Positions 8,135 to 16,521 of a stretch of DNA of 32,000 nt are shown piece by piece. The stretch comes from Candidatus Hermodarchaeota archaeon (GTDB taxonomy: Archaea > Asgardarchaeota > Heimdallarchaeia > Hodarchaeales > Hodarchaeaceae): positions 201,245-233,244 of the forward strand of contig JBHLKY010000006.1 in assembly GCA_048886185.1 (NCBI GenBank), in the 5' to 3' direction. Each line of letters begins with the position of its first letter. The first letter of the stretch is position 1. The notes beneath the pieces are model-generated. The model was not told the origin of the DNA. It saw only the letters and a list, made by a program, of their open reading frames with translations, and searched no databases. Made by a program: the position numbers and the translations under genes.

Positions 8135-8194
8135 TGTTTAGTTGGAATCTGAAACTTTTAAAACAACATTATGTGAAAGAACAAATGGATAAGT

Positions 8195-10108
8195 ATGACA
8201 ATGGAAAAAACCTCGAGTGACATCCTTGTGATTCACCAAAACAAGGTTGTATTTAGTTCTGGTCAAGGACCCTTAATAAAACACTCGAAGATTAGTGCAA
8301 CAGTGACTCAAGTCCTTACACTATTCTCAGAGCGTATTATGAAAGGAGAGCAAATTCACTTCATTCGTTTTGAAAATCACCGAATGATCTTTTTATTCTC
8401 GCAGAATGTAAAAGATGATAAACTTGCCTCCATTGTATTAATTCCCATCGATCGGAGTCCTAGACAAGTCATCCCAGCCATGAGTATTATCTTACGTATG
8501 CTTGAAGAATCTTTGAAAGGTAAATTTGATGAGGCTCGTAATAATCATTTGGACTGTTTCTACCAAATTCTTTCTTCTCCTGAAAAAGCTCTCTTTGTTG
8601 TTCCACGTTCTCCAGATGGAATATTGGCTGCTCTTGTCATTTTGGCTGCATTTGCTCATGATATGCGTCTTGGAATACAAGAAATTGTAGAAAATATTCA
8701 TTTTGTGGATCCTAGCAATACTTTACTTCTTCAAAAGATTGTTCAGCAATCTATAAACACTAGAATTCTTTCTTTTATTTCACTTCCAAATGCTGAAGAA
8801 AATGAAAATCTGCTTTTATTTGGTTTGAGTTCACCCCAAAGACAATATTTTTCTTCTTATCCTAATGAACGGATTTACGATGTAATTAGTAGGGTATTTG
8901 GTTTGAGCTCACCCCAAAGACAATCCAATGCGACAAAAATGAGAAATCTCATAGCAAATGATGATGCACGAGAAATCGCCCAATCGATATCTCTTCTCCC
9001 TCATTCTGAAGATAATTTTATAAGAAAAGAAATCCTATTATCAACTGTTCTACAACCTGGAAAAGATATTGTTGTAACACTCTCTACTCCTGTTATGCGG
9101 AAATTACGAGAATTATCTCTTGCCCCTAATGCAAAAAAAGCTACCTCACCGAGAAAAATTCCTACACTAGTCGAATCACCAATTAGTAAAGCGCCAGTAG
9201 AACAATTAAAGGTTACAACACCAGAAATATCGGAAAAAATTAGACCTCAACCTCATCAACCTAAAGTTGAAATAGAACCAACTTATGAATTGGTAGCAGA
9301 ACCTGACGCGATTCCGAAAGAAACACCAGGAGTAACTCCTGAAGAAGTACATCGAGTAATTCCTCAACCCATTGAACCTGTCTCAATACCTTATGCTGAT
9401 AGTGAAGTTATAGCTCGTCTAGATAAGGTACGTGTAAGTGGCCTTGAATATACATTTGATACAGTTCCTTTGATACTTGATACGTCTCCCTATGAGATTA
9501 ACTTACCTGAAACTCAGAATTTACCATTCCAAGAATCCACAATAACCCTTAGACTTTTTCAAGGAGTAGAAAATCAGTTTGCAATTCACATATACACATT
9601 TCAGGAAAGATTATCTGCTGTTAGGAATTCTTTAGAAGATCTTTCAATCAAAATTGGAGGAGAAACCCACTTACGAGAAAATCATGTTTTATTAGTAGGG
9701 CCTATTGAAAACCAAAGAATGGTTCTTCGTGCACTATTATGGTTAAGTATTGTAGAATATCTTACTCAAGTTAAAATGAAGTTATTAAATCCATCAAATC
9801 TCTTCAATATTCCAAATGAAGGATCAATACTAATTATCCCGCCTAAGAGAGATTATATTAAAGAAAAAATTCCTTCTAAGTTTAGATATTTTATCGAAGA
9901 AAAAAATATTAGAACTCGTTTCGAACAAAAGGAACTTTGGACTCTAGGAAGATCTCAAAATGAACTTCTTTCTCACTTAATGACTCCATTAAAAGAAGGA
10001 AATGGTGTTGTGTTTGTAGCTTCTGATGAAAACCAAGAAATGGAAGAGATAGCTTTATTTCTATTATATGTTTCTGATATTTGTGGTATAGGATTCTCGA
10101 GATGGTGA
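8195..10108 (+). CDS. Multidomain protein: longin-like N-terminus, DENN-like middle, Pro/Glu-rich linker, unknown C-terminal domain
   Basis: 637-aa ORF. The first ~110 aa show a longin-like beta-beta-alpha-beta-beta-beta-alpha pattern (ILVIHQNKVVFS...VLTLFSERIM..EQIHFIRFENHRMIF...LASIVLI). Domain calls are by eye. Confidence 0.5.
   Translation: MTMEKTSSDILVIHQNKVVFSSGQGPLIKHSKISATVTQVLTLFSERIMKGEQIHFIRFENHRMIFLFSQNVKDDKLASIVLIPIDRSPRQVIPAMSIILRMLEESLKGKFDEARNNHLDCFYQILSSPEKALFVVPRSPDGILAALVILAAFAHDMRLGIQEIVENIHFVDPSNTLLLQKIVQQSINTRILSFISLPNAEENENLLLFGLSSPQRQYFSSYPNERIYDVISRVFGLSSPQRQSNATKMRNLIANDDAREIAQSISLLPHSEDNFIRKEILLSTVLQPGKDIVVTLSTPVMRKLRELSLAPNAKKATSPRKIPTLVESPISKAPVEQLKVTTPEISEKIRPQPHQPKVEIEPTYELVAEPDAIPKETPGVTPEEVHRVIPQPIEPVSIPYADSEVIARLDKVRVSGLEYTFDTVPLILDTSPYEINLPETQNLPFQESTITLRLFQGVENQFAIHIYTFQERLSAVRNSLEDLSIKIGGETHLRENHVLLVGPIENQRMVLRALLWLSIVEYLTQVKMKLLNPSNLFNIPNEGSILIIPPKRDYIKEKIPSKFRYFIEEKNIRTRFEQKELWTLGRSQNELLSHLMTPLKEGNGVVFVASDENQEMEEIALFLLYVSDICGIGFSRW
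8817..8924 (+). repeat. 30-bp direct repeat (29/30 identical), in frame, encoding FGLSSPQRQ twice
   Basis: tatttggtttgagttcaccccaaagacaat at 8817..8846 and tatttggtttgagctcaccccaaagacaat at 8895..8924. Confidence 0.95.
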
Positions 10109-10136
10109 GTAAGGCTAAAGGAATTCTTGGTGAATA

Positions 10137-10203
10137 CTGCTATTAAATCGGTCAGCGGAGGCTTACCCGTTGCAATGAGGCTGATTACCGTCCGGAATAG
10201 CAG
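10137..10203. other. GC-rich predicted stem-loop between convergent genes
   Basis: CTGCTATT (10137-44) pairs with AATAGCAG (10196-203); inner CGG-TCAGC (10149-56) pairs with GCTGA-tta-CCG (10180-90). 35/67 G+C. Confidence 0.4.
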
Positions 10204-10337
10204 AAAAGCATGCTGCTGATATTTTTACCATTATTCCAGTCAATTTAACTTACTGTCTCCCATTGCTATACAGGATAAATAAAAATTCAAGTTATTTCTA
10301 TTAAATGACTTTTAAACCTAAATTTAAAATAGTTCCT

Positions 10338-11024
10338 TCAGATTTTATTTTTAGGGCGGCATCTAACTTTTAAAATCTCATAATATCCTTCTTCACGGCT
10401 TTCATTCCAATGAACGTTTGCCTCAAGGATTTCTATAAATGAAGGAAAAAATGGAGCATCAATAACAGATGATTCGAATTCTCCTCCTTCACCGATTAGT
10501 GATAATCCTGAGTTAACTTCAGCTTTTTTAAGCCTTTCTAATGCCTCAGAGGTAATTTCTTTACCCAATAAAGCTTTATTTAATCCCATACTAGTTACTG
10601 AGGTAATTATAACTCGAAATTTGTTATCTATTAATTCAGACATAATTATATCAGGTGAAATTCTCCACAATGGGTTAATACATTTCATATTAGCGAGCTG
10701 AGCTGATCGATTGAACTTAGTTCGCTGAAATTCTGATTGAATCCCCCCTGTAACTACAGCTTCAGCACCGGTTTCAATTAGAGCTTCTTTGAGAGAGAGT
10801 ACTTCATCTTTCACTTTACAACTATCGATAAGAACAATTTTATGAGGTATTTCCAGCATTTCTGCAATTAAAGTCACTAAATGACTGTTTGGAATATGAA
10901 AAAGTAAACTATCAGGACATGAGGATCTCACAGAAAGAATGGAAGTAACTTCAAATTGATGCATTGCAAGCCACAACGCTAGAACAGAATCTTTACCACC
11001 TGAAACAAGAACAACAACCTTCAG
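10338..11024 (-). CDS. dph6: Diphthine--ammonia ligase / PP-loop ATPase (Dph6, TIGR00290-like)
   Basis: Extending upstream of the track ORF gives (M)KVVVLVSGGKDSVLAL, the PP-loop, starting at CTG 11024 behind GGAGAGG with an in-frame TAA upstream. Also TGGIQSEFQR, NPLW, GEGGEFES. Confidence 0.88.
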   Translation of the reverse strand: MKVVVLVSGGKDSVLALWLAMHQFEVTSILSVRSSCPDSLLFHIPNSHLVTLIAEMLEIPHKIVLIDSCKVKDEVLSLKEALIETGAEAVVTGGIQSEFQRTKFNRSAQLANMKCINPLWRISPDIIMSELIDNKFRVIITSVTSMGLNKALLGKEITSEALERLKKAEVNSGLSLIGEGGEFESSVIDAPFFPSFIEILEANVHWNESREEGYYEILKVRCRPKNKI

Positions 11025-11177
11025 TATTTACCTCTCCGACTTCATTGAAAATTGGAATTGTAAAGTTGGAAATTTATATCTTCTCATACCAAAATCCTCT
11101 CCACACGAGTGAATAATGATTTTATTTATAGAATATTAGTTCTCTAGTCTTTAAATGTTATTAAATTTCATAAAACC

Positions 11178-12131
11178 ATGAGTCACCCAAGAGAGTCCAT
11201 AGAGAGAGAAAATTTGTCCATAGATATTATTGAAGAGATAAAATCGCTTAAAAAAGATCATAATGCTCTTATATTGGCACATAATTATCAAGATCCCAAG
11301 ATTCAAGAACTAGCTGATTTTTCGGGAGACAGTTTTGGTTTAGCTCAGAAATCAATGCAAATTGATAATGAACTAGTTGTATTTGCAGGAGTAGAATTTA
11401 TGGCAGAAACTACTGCCATTTTAAACCCCAGAAAGAAAGTATTAATACCATCATCAACAGTTAAGTGCCCTATGGCGCATATGCTTTCACCAACGAAGTT
11501 GAAACGATTTAGAACTCAGTATCCAAATGCTACTGTTGCTGTATATGTGAATACCACAGTTGAAATAAAAGCCCTGGCTGATATTTGTATTACTTCTGGT
11601 AATGCTCTAAAAATTATTACAAAGCTTGACAGTGAAGAAGTACTAGTTGGACCGGACCGGAATCTTGCTCATTACATTCAACAACATGTTACCGATAAGA
11701 AAATTATTCCTTTTCCAGAGGTTGGCCACTGTTACGTTCATAAAAAGTTTGAGCTATCTGATATTCAAAAATTAAAAAATAAATACCCCGAAGCTGAAAT
11801 TCTATGTCACCCCGAGGTAGATCCTTTAATTCAAAATCAAGCTGATATAATTTGTTCAACAAGTCAAATGTTAAAGGAACCTGAAAAATCTAATTCGAAT
11901 TCTTTCATCGTTTTAACGGAAATTGGACTTATAGATCGTTTAAGAGCAAAATTTCCCACCAAAACATTCATACCGGCTCGTAAAGATGCAATATGTCTTC
12001 AACAAAAGAAAATTACTATTTACAATCTATATCTATCTCTTCTAGATGAACAATATAGAATACAAATTCCTCCCGAAATTGCTAGGAAAGCCCGTTTATC
12101 TATTGAAAGAATGCTCGAACTTTCAAAATAG
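11178..12131 (+). CDS. nadA: Quinolinate synthase
   Basis: ILAHNYQ, GDSFGLA, FAGVEFMAET, CPMA, VYVNTT, ADICITSGNA, GPDRNL, CYVH, HPE, STSQM, C-terminal Cys (AICLQQK). Confidence 0.96.
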   Translation: MSHPRESIERENLSIDIIEEIKSLKKDHNALILAHNYQDPKIQELADFSGDSFGLAQKSMQIDNELVVFAGVEFMAETTAILNPRKKVLIPSSTVKCPMAHMLSPTKLKRFRTQYPNATVAVYVNTTVEIKALADICITSGNALKIITKLDSEEVLVGPDRNLAHYIQQHVTDKKIIPFPEVGHCYVHKKFELSDIQKLKNKYPEAEILCHPEVDPLIQNQADIICSTSQMLKEPEKSNSNSFIVLTEIGLIDRLRAKFPTKTFIPARKDAICLQQKKITIYNLYLSLLDEQYRIQIPPEIARKARLSIERMLELSK

Positions 12132-12149
12132 AATATAGGAGCTCTTATC

Positions 12150-13049
12150 ATGTCTTATTTACCCTCAAAATTGCTAGAGAAAAGATTAATTCAATTTCTC
12201 CAAGAAGATATGGAGTACGGGGATATAACCAGCAATCTGATCCCAAATATCCAAGTTCAAGCTAATGTAATCTCAAAAGAGGAAGGAATTCTTTGTGGAT
12301 TAGATTTTACCAAGATACTCTTGAGATTTCTGGACATTGAGGTTTCTAGCTTATTTAATGATGGGGATGTCATCAGAAAGGGAGATATTATCATGCAGCT
12401 AAGAGGTCTAAGTCGCGATATTCTAGTTTCAGAACGGACAATTTTAAATCTGTTAATGCGTCTTTCAGGAATTGCTACACAAACTCGAAAACTGGTTGAT
12501 AGAGTTAAGAATCTTGGCCATGACATAATCATCGCTTCTACGAGAAAAACAACTCCAGGTTTCAGATATTTCGAAAAATATGCTGTGAAAATTGGAGGAG
12601 GTGATCCTCATCGATGGAGTTTGTCTGATACAGTGTTGATCAAAGAAAATCACCTCAGCTTACTAAGAAAAGGAGCGATTCTGAAAATTTTGAATAAAAC
12701 GAAAAACATGACTTCATTCACAAAAAAGGTTGACATTGAGGTAGAAAATTTATCAGAGTTAAAGGAAGCTCTGAAACTTACTCCTGATATAATAATGCTA
12801 GATAATTTCTCCATTGAAGACATTTACTCTGCAATAGAGATCGTCAGGAATGCCTCAAAACAACCATATCCCCTTATAGAAGTAAGTGGAGGGATTTCTG
12901 ATCAAAATATAGAAAAATATCTCATAGCAGGAATAGATATTATCTCAATGGGTAACCTTACTCATTCAGTTAAATCTATAGATTTTTCCTTGAAGATCAT
13001 CAAACCAATGTCTTCATTCTCTTCTGGAGAGACTCATAGTGTTGAATAG
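12150..13049 (+). CDS. nadC: Nicotinate-nucleotide pyrophosphorylase (quinolinate phosphoribosyltransferase)
   Basis: EDM..GDITS, ERTILNLL.RLSGIAT, STRKTTPG.R.FEKYAV.IGGG..HR..LSD.VLIKENH, IEVE, IMLDNF, EVSGGI, DFSL. Confidence 0.96.
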   Translation: MSYLPSKLLEKRLIQFLQEDMEYGDITSNLIPNIQVQANVISKEEGILCGLDFTKILLRFLDIEVSSLFNDGDVIRKGDIIMQLRGLSRDILVSERTILNLLMRLSGIATQTRKLVDRVKNLGHDIIIASTRKTTPGFRYFEKYAVKIGGGDPHRWSLSDTVLIKENHLSLLRKGAILKILNKTKNMTSFTKKVDIEVENLSELKEALKLTPDIIMLDNFSIEDIYSAIEIVRNASKQPYPLIEVSGGISDQNIEKYLIAGIDIISMGNLTHSVKSIDFSLKIIKPMSSFSSGETHSVE

Positions 13050-13293
13050 AATATTGCGTGGATTTCTTATTGCCATAATATCTGCTATTATCATAAGCTT
13101 TGTAACCTTCATTTTCTCACCTTATTTACCTTTTAATATTTTTACAGGTTTCTTAGGAATATTATTTTTCGCTGTTATCACTAGTTTATCCTTTATAGTT
13201 TATCTTATCCTACCACCCGAATCTTCTTCAGTTAATTCTTCCTCCCCAAAGGCAAAATTAATTCATTCCCAAGAAATGGAGAGTTCCGATTAA
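13039..13293 (+). CDS. Small membrane protein (2 predicted TM helices)
   Basis: Two hydrophobic stretches and a Ser-rich tail; overlaps the nadC stop and is 16 bp from the next gene. Confidence 0.6.
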   Translation: MLNRILRGFLIAIISAIIISFVTFIFSPYLPFNIFTGFLGILFFAVITSLSFIVYLILPPESSSVNSSSPKAKLIHSQEMESSD

Positions 13294-13309
13294 GAAAGGA
13301 AGCAAAAAT

Positions 13310-14041
13310 ATGCTTGAATATAAAGGATTTCTTTCTAAAAGAGCTACATTGGAATCGAAATATGTATCAATTTCCACATGTATTTATGGACCCTCAAGAA
13401 TTAGTAGAAAATCTATTATTGACTCATTTGTTGTTATTGGATATCCAATCCGAGCTAAAACCAATAAAATAATTCTACAACAAGAGGAGCAACTACCTCT
13501 TGAAAACTTATACGATAAGTTCTCAACAGGGTCAATTATAGGTGAAAATAACCATATCAGACCTTTTACCACTATATACGAAACATCAAAACTAGAAGAT
13601 CGAGTAGAAACAGGTACAAATGTTGTTATAAGAGAAACTTGTAATATAGGACAAGGAAGTATAATTGGAAGTGGTACGATTCTTGATAGTGGAGTATCGA
13701 TTGGGCAAAATGCTCGAATTCAATCGAATAACTTTATCCCCCCTAAAATTGTACTTGGAGATAATGTATTCCTGGGACCTGGTGTACGATTTTCAAATGA
13801 CAAATATCCTGTGAGTAATAAATTAATAGGCACAAAAGTTGAAGACAACGTGATCATAGGAATTGGAGCGATTCTTATGGCAGGTTTAACTATTGGGAAG
13901 AATGCAGTCATTGCTGCGGGTGCTTTAATCACAAAAGACGTACCACGAAATCAAGTTATGATGGGTGTTCCTGCGAAACCTGTTATGACTAGAGAGGAAT
14001 ATAATCAAAAACAACAGACTTATGAGAACTTAGGTTCCTAA
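13310..14041 (+). CDS. Hexapeptide-repeat (left-handed beta-helix) acyltransferase, likely sugar N-acetyltransferase
   Basis: Repeated [IV]G.. hexads (IGQGSIIGSG, IGQNARIQS, LGDNVFLGPGVRFSND, IGKNAVIAAGALITKDVP), GVPAK. Confidence 0.85.
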   Translation: MLEYKGFLSKRATLESKYVSISTCIYGPSRISRKSIIDSFVVIGYPIRAKTNKIILQQEEQLPLENLYDKFSTGSIIGENNHIRPFTTIYETSKLEDRVETGTNVVIRETCNIGQGSIIGSGTILDSGVSIGQNARIQSNNFIPPKIVLGDNVFLGPGVRFSNDKYPVSNKLIGTKVEDNVIIGIGAILMAGLTIGKNAVIAAGALITKDVPRNQVMMGVPAKPVMTREEYNQKQQTYENLGS

Positions 14042-14053
14042 ATGAATATCAAA

Positions 14054-14350
14054 TCAAAAATGACTGCATTTGCATGGACTAGCATTGCATTTAGGACAAC
14101 TGGATGGATATTTTTCCCAAGCAGCCGTTTCTAGATCGATATTAAGGAGATTACAGACAGAACAAAGCCAAGCAAAAACATCTGCCACTTCTTCTCGCAG
14201 AATATCTTGATTTCCTTTTAGATATGCTTCTATGAGCTCCCCATTTTCAGATTGTAACCATAATAAACTTTTTTCAATACCTCTCTTCCTATCACGATCC
14301 CCGTATAGTGTAACCATTAACTTTTGAAATTCACGAATGGTATGATTCAC
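14054..14350 (-). CDS. MazG-like nucleotide pyrophosphohydrolase (archaeal short type)
   Basis: YGDRD.KRG, SENGELIEA, EEVADVFAWL.S..N, KYPSSCPKC...PCKC; GTG start after GGAGG. Confidence 0.88.
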   Translation of the reverse strand: MNHTIREFQKLMVTLYGDRDRKRGIEKSLLWLQSENGELIEAYLKGNQDILREEVADVFAWLCSVCNLLNIDLETAAWEKYPSSCPKCNASPCKCSHF

Positions 14351-14364
14351 TGATTTTACCTCCT

Positions 14365-15381
14365 TTAATAAAATTGAATCTTTGAGTGGTTTCCAACATT
14401 TAAATCATGCCCCCTTCCAATTAATTCAACTTCATCCCCAATAAGCGAGTCATGTATGTTTGCGTTGAAAATGCGTGAACCAGTTCCTATTATCGAAGAG
14501 GAGAGGATAGACTTTTCAACAATAGTGCCCTTATCAATACTAACATAAGGTCCTACTATAGAATTTGAGATTTGACAGTTGGTCTGGATCGCAATGGGGG
14601 GAATGACAATAGTATTATTCAACTCACTCTCAATCGAAGAACTCTTGTATTTATTCAAAACATAACTATGAGCCGCTAAGAGAGCCTCTTTCTTACCACA
14701 GTCAAACCATCTACCAGAGTCAATTATTCCAAGGATCAAGCCTTTATTAACCATAATCTGAAGCGCGTCGGTTAATTGTAATTCTCCTCCAATTCCTATT
14801 TTGTTTGAGTTGATTAATTCTTTCAAAGCGTTTTTTAATTCCAAAGAATCACGTATAATATAAACTCCAGTAATTGCTAGGGATGAAGTGGGATTTTCTG
14901 GTTTTTCTATTAATTCCTTTACTTCATTGGAGTTTTCCTTAATAGTGACGATACCATAAGCTTGAGGGTTGGTTACAGACTTTACAGTAATTGCACCAGT
15001 CCAATTGGAGAATTTTTTGTATTCATCTAACATCAAAGAAAAGGAATTTTCATACAGACTGTCCCCAAGGGCTATTAATACAGGTTCACCATCTAGAAAA
15101 TCTGCTGCAGTGTATATTGCATGGCCAAGTCCCCTACGGTGTTTCTGTTCAACGAAAGTATAATTACACGTTTTATTATAATTGGATTCGATGTAATCAA
15201 TTAGCTTCTCTTTTTCATACCCTACAATAATAACAAAGTCTTTAATCCCCGCATCAATGATACTATCTAGAATGTGAGAGATTAATGGCTTATTTCCTAA
15301 TGAAAGAAGTGCTTTGGGCTTTGTATTAGTATGTGGCCTTAATCTAGTTCCTTTTCCAGCAGCAGGTATAATGCATCTCAT
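14365..15381 (-). CDS. Sugar-phosphate nucleotidyltransferase (glucose-1-phosphate thymidylyltransferase, long form)
   Basis: IIPAAGKGTRLRP.T...PK, GLGHA, LGD, EKP, GELQLTDA, WFDCG, C-terminal beta-helix. Confidence 0.9.
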   Translation of the reverse strand: MRCIIPAAGKGTRLRPHTNTKPKALLSLGNKPLISHILDSIIDAGIKDFVIIVGYEKEKLIDYIESNYNKTCNYTFVEQKHRRGLGHAIYTAADFLDGEPVLIALGDSLYENSFSLMLDEYKKFSNWTGAITVKSVTNPQAYGIVTIKENSNEVKELIEKPENPTSSLAITGVYIIRDSLELKNALKELINSNKIGIGGELQLTDALQIMVNKGLILGIIDSGRWFDCGKKEALLAAHSYVLNKYKSSSIESELNNTIVIPPIAIQTNCQISNSIVGPYVSIDKGTIVEKSILSSSIIGTGSRIFNANIHDSLIGDEVELIGRGHDLNVGNHSKIQFY

Positions 15382-15485
15382 GATTTAATCTCCACGATCA
15401 AAAAATCCTAGATCCTCCGACTAAACCTAATGGATTGTCTTTAGTATTATCCTTTTAACTTATTCTTTTTTTTGCGTACAATAGA

Positions 15486-16502
15486 ATGTTATCAGTAGAA
15501 ATATTAGTTACCGCTATTCTAGCGTTAATTATTTCAGCTATCATAACGCGTCTCCTTATCCCATGGGTAATTACTTCCTCTTTGAAACAGGGAATTACAA
15601 CAGTAGACGCCCATAAACCAAATTCCCCTACTATAGCTGAACCGGGAGGAATGGCGCCATTACTGGGATTTATTTTTACTATTCTTATTATAGTATTTAT
15701 TTGGGAGAATATAACTCTCGATTCTCAGATAGAAATATTCGATCCCCTCCTAGCAGGACTTCTAAGTGTTGTAATTGCTGGATTAATAGGATTTTTAGAT
15801 GATGTCTTTAAGATTCGATGGCGTGATAAAATTTTATTAGGATTCTTACCCGCAATCCCATTAATGGCTTTGAAAGTTGGTACAAGTAGGATAAACCTTG
15901 GATTTGGAATCATTGATTTCGATATTGGATACATAAATCTCTACAGTCTAATTATAATCCCTTTAGTTGTGAATTTCGCTTTTAATTCTTTCAATATGCT
16001 TGCTGGTTTCAATGGCTTGGAAGCTGGGAATGGTACAATTTCCCTTGTTATTATTCTCTTCATTGCACTTGTTGTTGGCGATCCTATTGTAACTTTATTT
16101 GTTACCGCTTTACTGGGAGGATTTCTAATTTTACTCATGTATAATTGGTATCCTGCGAAAGTTCTAATTGGTGATTCAGGAACTCTGACCCTAGGAACAG
16201 GCATCATCGTTGCTTTAATTATTGGCAATATGGATCGTCTAGCAGTGGGATTGTTTGGATTACACTTCGTGAATTTTGTACTATTTCTATTATACATCTA
16301 TACTAATCAGACTGCTAAAATAGCCACTGTTGACGAGAAAGGGAATATCATCGCTCCCTGTCCTTACACTGTATATTGGATTTTACCATATTTCTTGAAA
16401 GAGATTGGGGAAAGGAAGAATGTAATTATTATTCTTCTTATTCACACAATAATTGCGATAACTGTCTTAATTATCTCATTACCTGCGTTCACTCCTGCTT
16501 AA
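15486..16502 (+). CDS. aglH: UDP-GlcNAc:dolichyl-phosphate GlcNAc-1-phosphate transferase (AglH/Alg7/DPAGT1 family)
   Basis: Polytopic membrane protein with DAHK, EPGG, GFLDD, NSFNMLAGFNGLEAG, YNWYPAKVLIGDSGT. Confidence 0.88.
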   Translation: MLSVEILVTAILALIISAIITRLLIPWVITSSLKQGITTVDAHKPNSPTIAEPGGMAPLLGFIFTILIIVFIWENITLDSQIEIFDPLLAGLLSVVIAGLIGFLDDVFKIRWRDKILLGFLPAIPLMALKVGTSRINLGFGIIDFDIGYINLYSLIIIPLVVNFAFNSFNMLAGFNGLEAGNGTISLVIILFIALVVGDPIVTLFVTALLGGFLILLMYNWYPAKVLIGDSGTLTLGTGIIVALIIGNMDRLAVGLFGLHFVNFVLFLLYIYTNQTAKIATVDEKGNIIAPCPYTVYWILPYFLKEIGERKNVIIILLIHTIIAITVLIISLPAFTPA

Positions 16503-16521
16503 TGATAAGGATTATACAGTT

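Noticed and set aside
8817-8924. Two 30-bp quasi-palindromic repeats with a 48-bp spacer as a mini CRISPR array
   Set aside because: Only two copies, in frame inside a long CDS, no cas genes, no leader and no recognisable CRISPR repeat end.
10106-10219. UGA read-through or selenocysteine extension of the 637-aa gene (36 in-frame codons ending KACC) aided by the downstream hairpin
   Set aside because: An open stretch of 36 codons is not rare by chance, there is no redox-motif context for Sec, and no convincing SECIS pattern.
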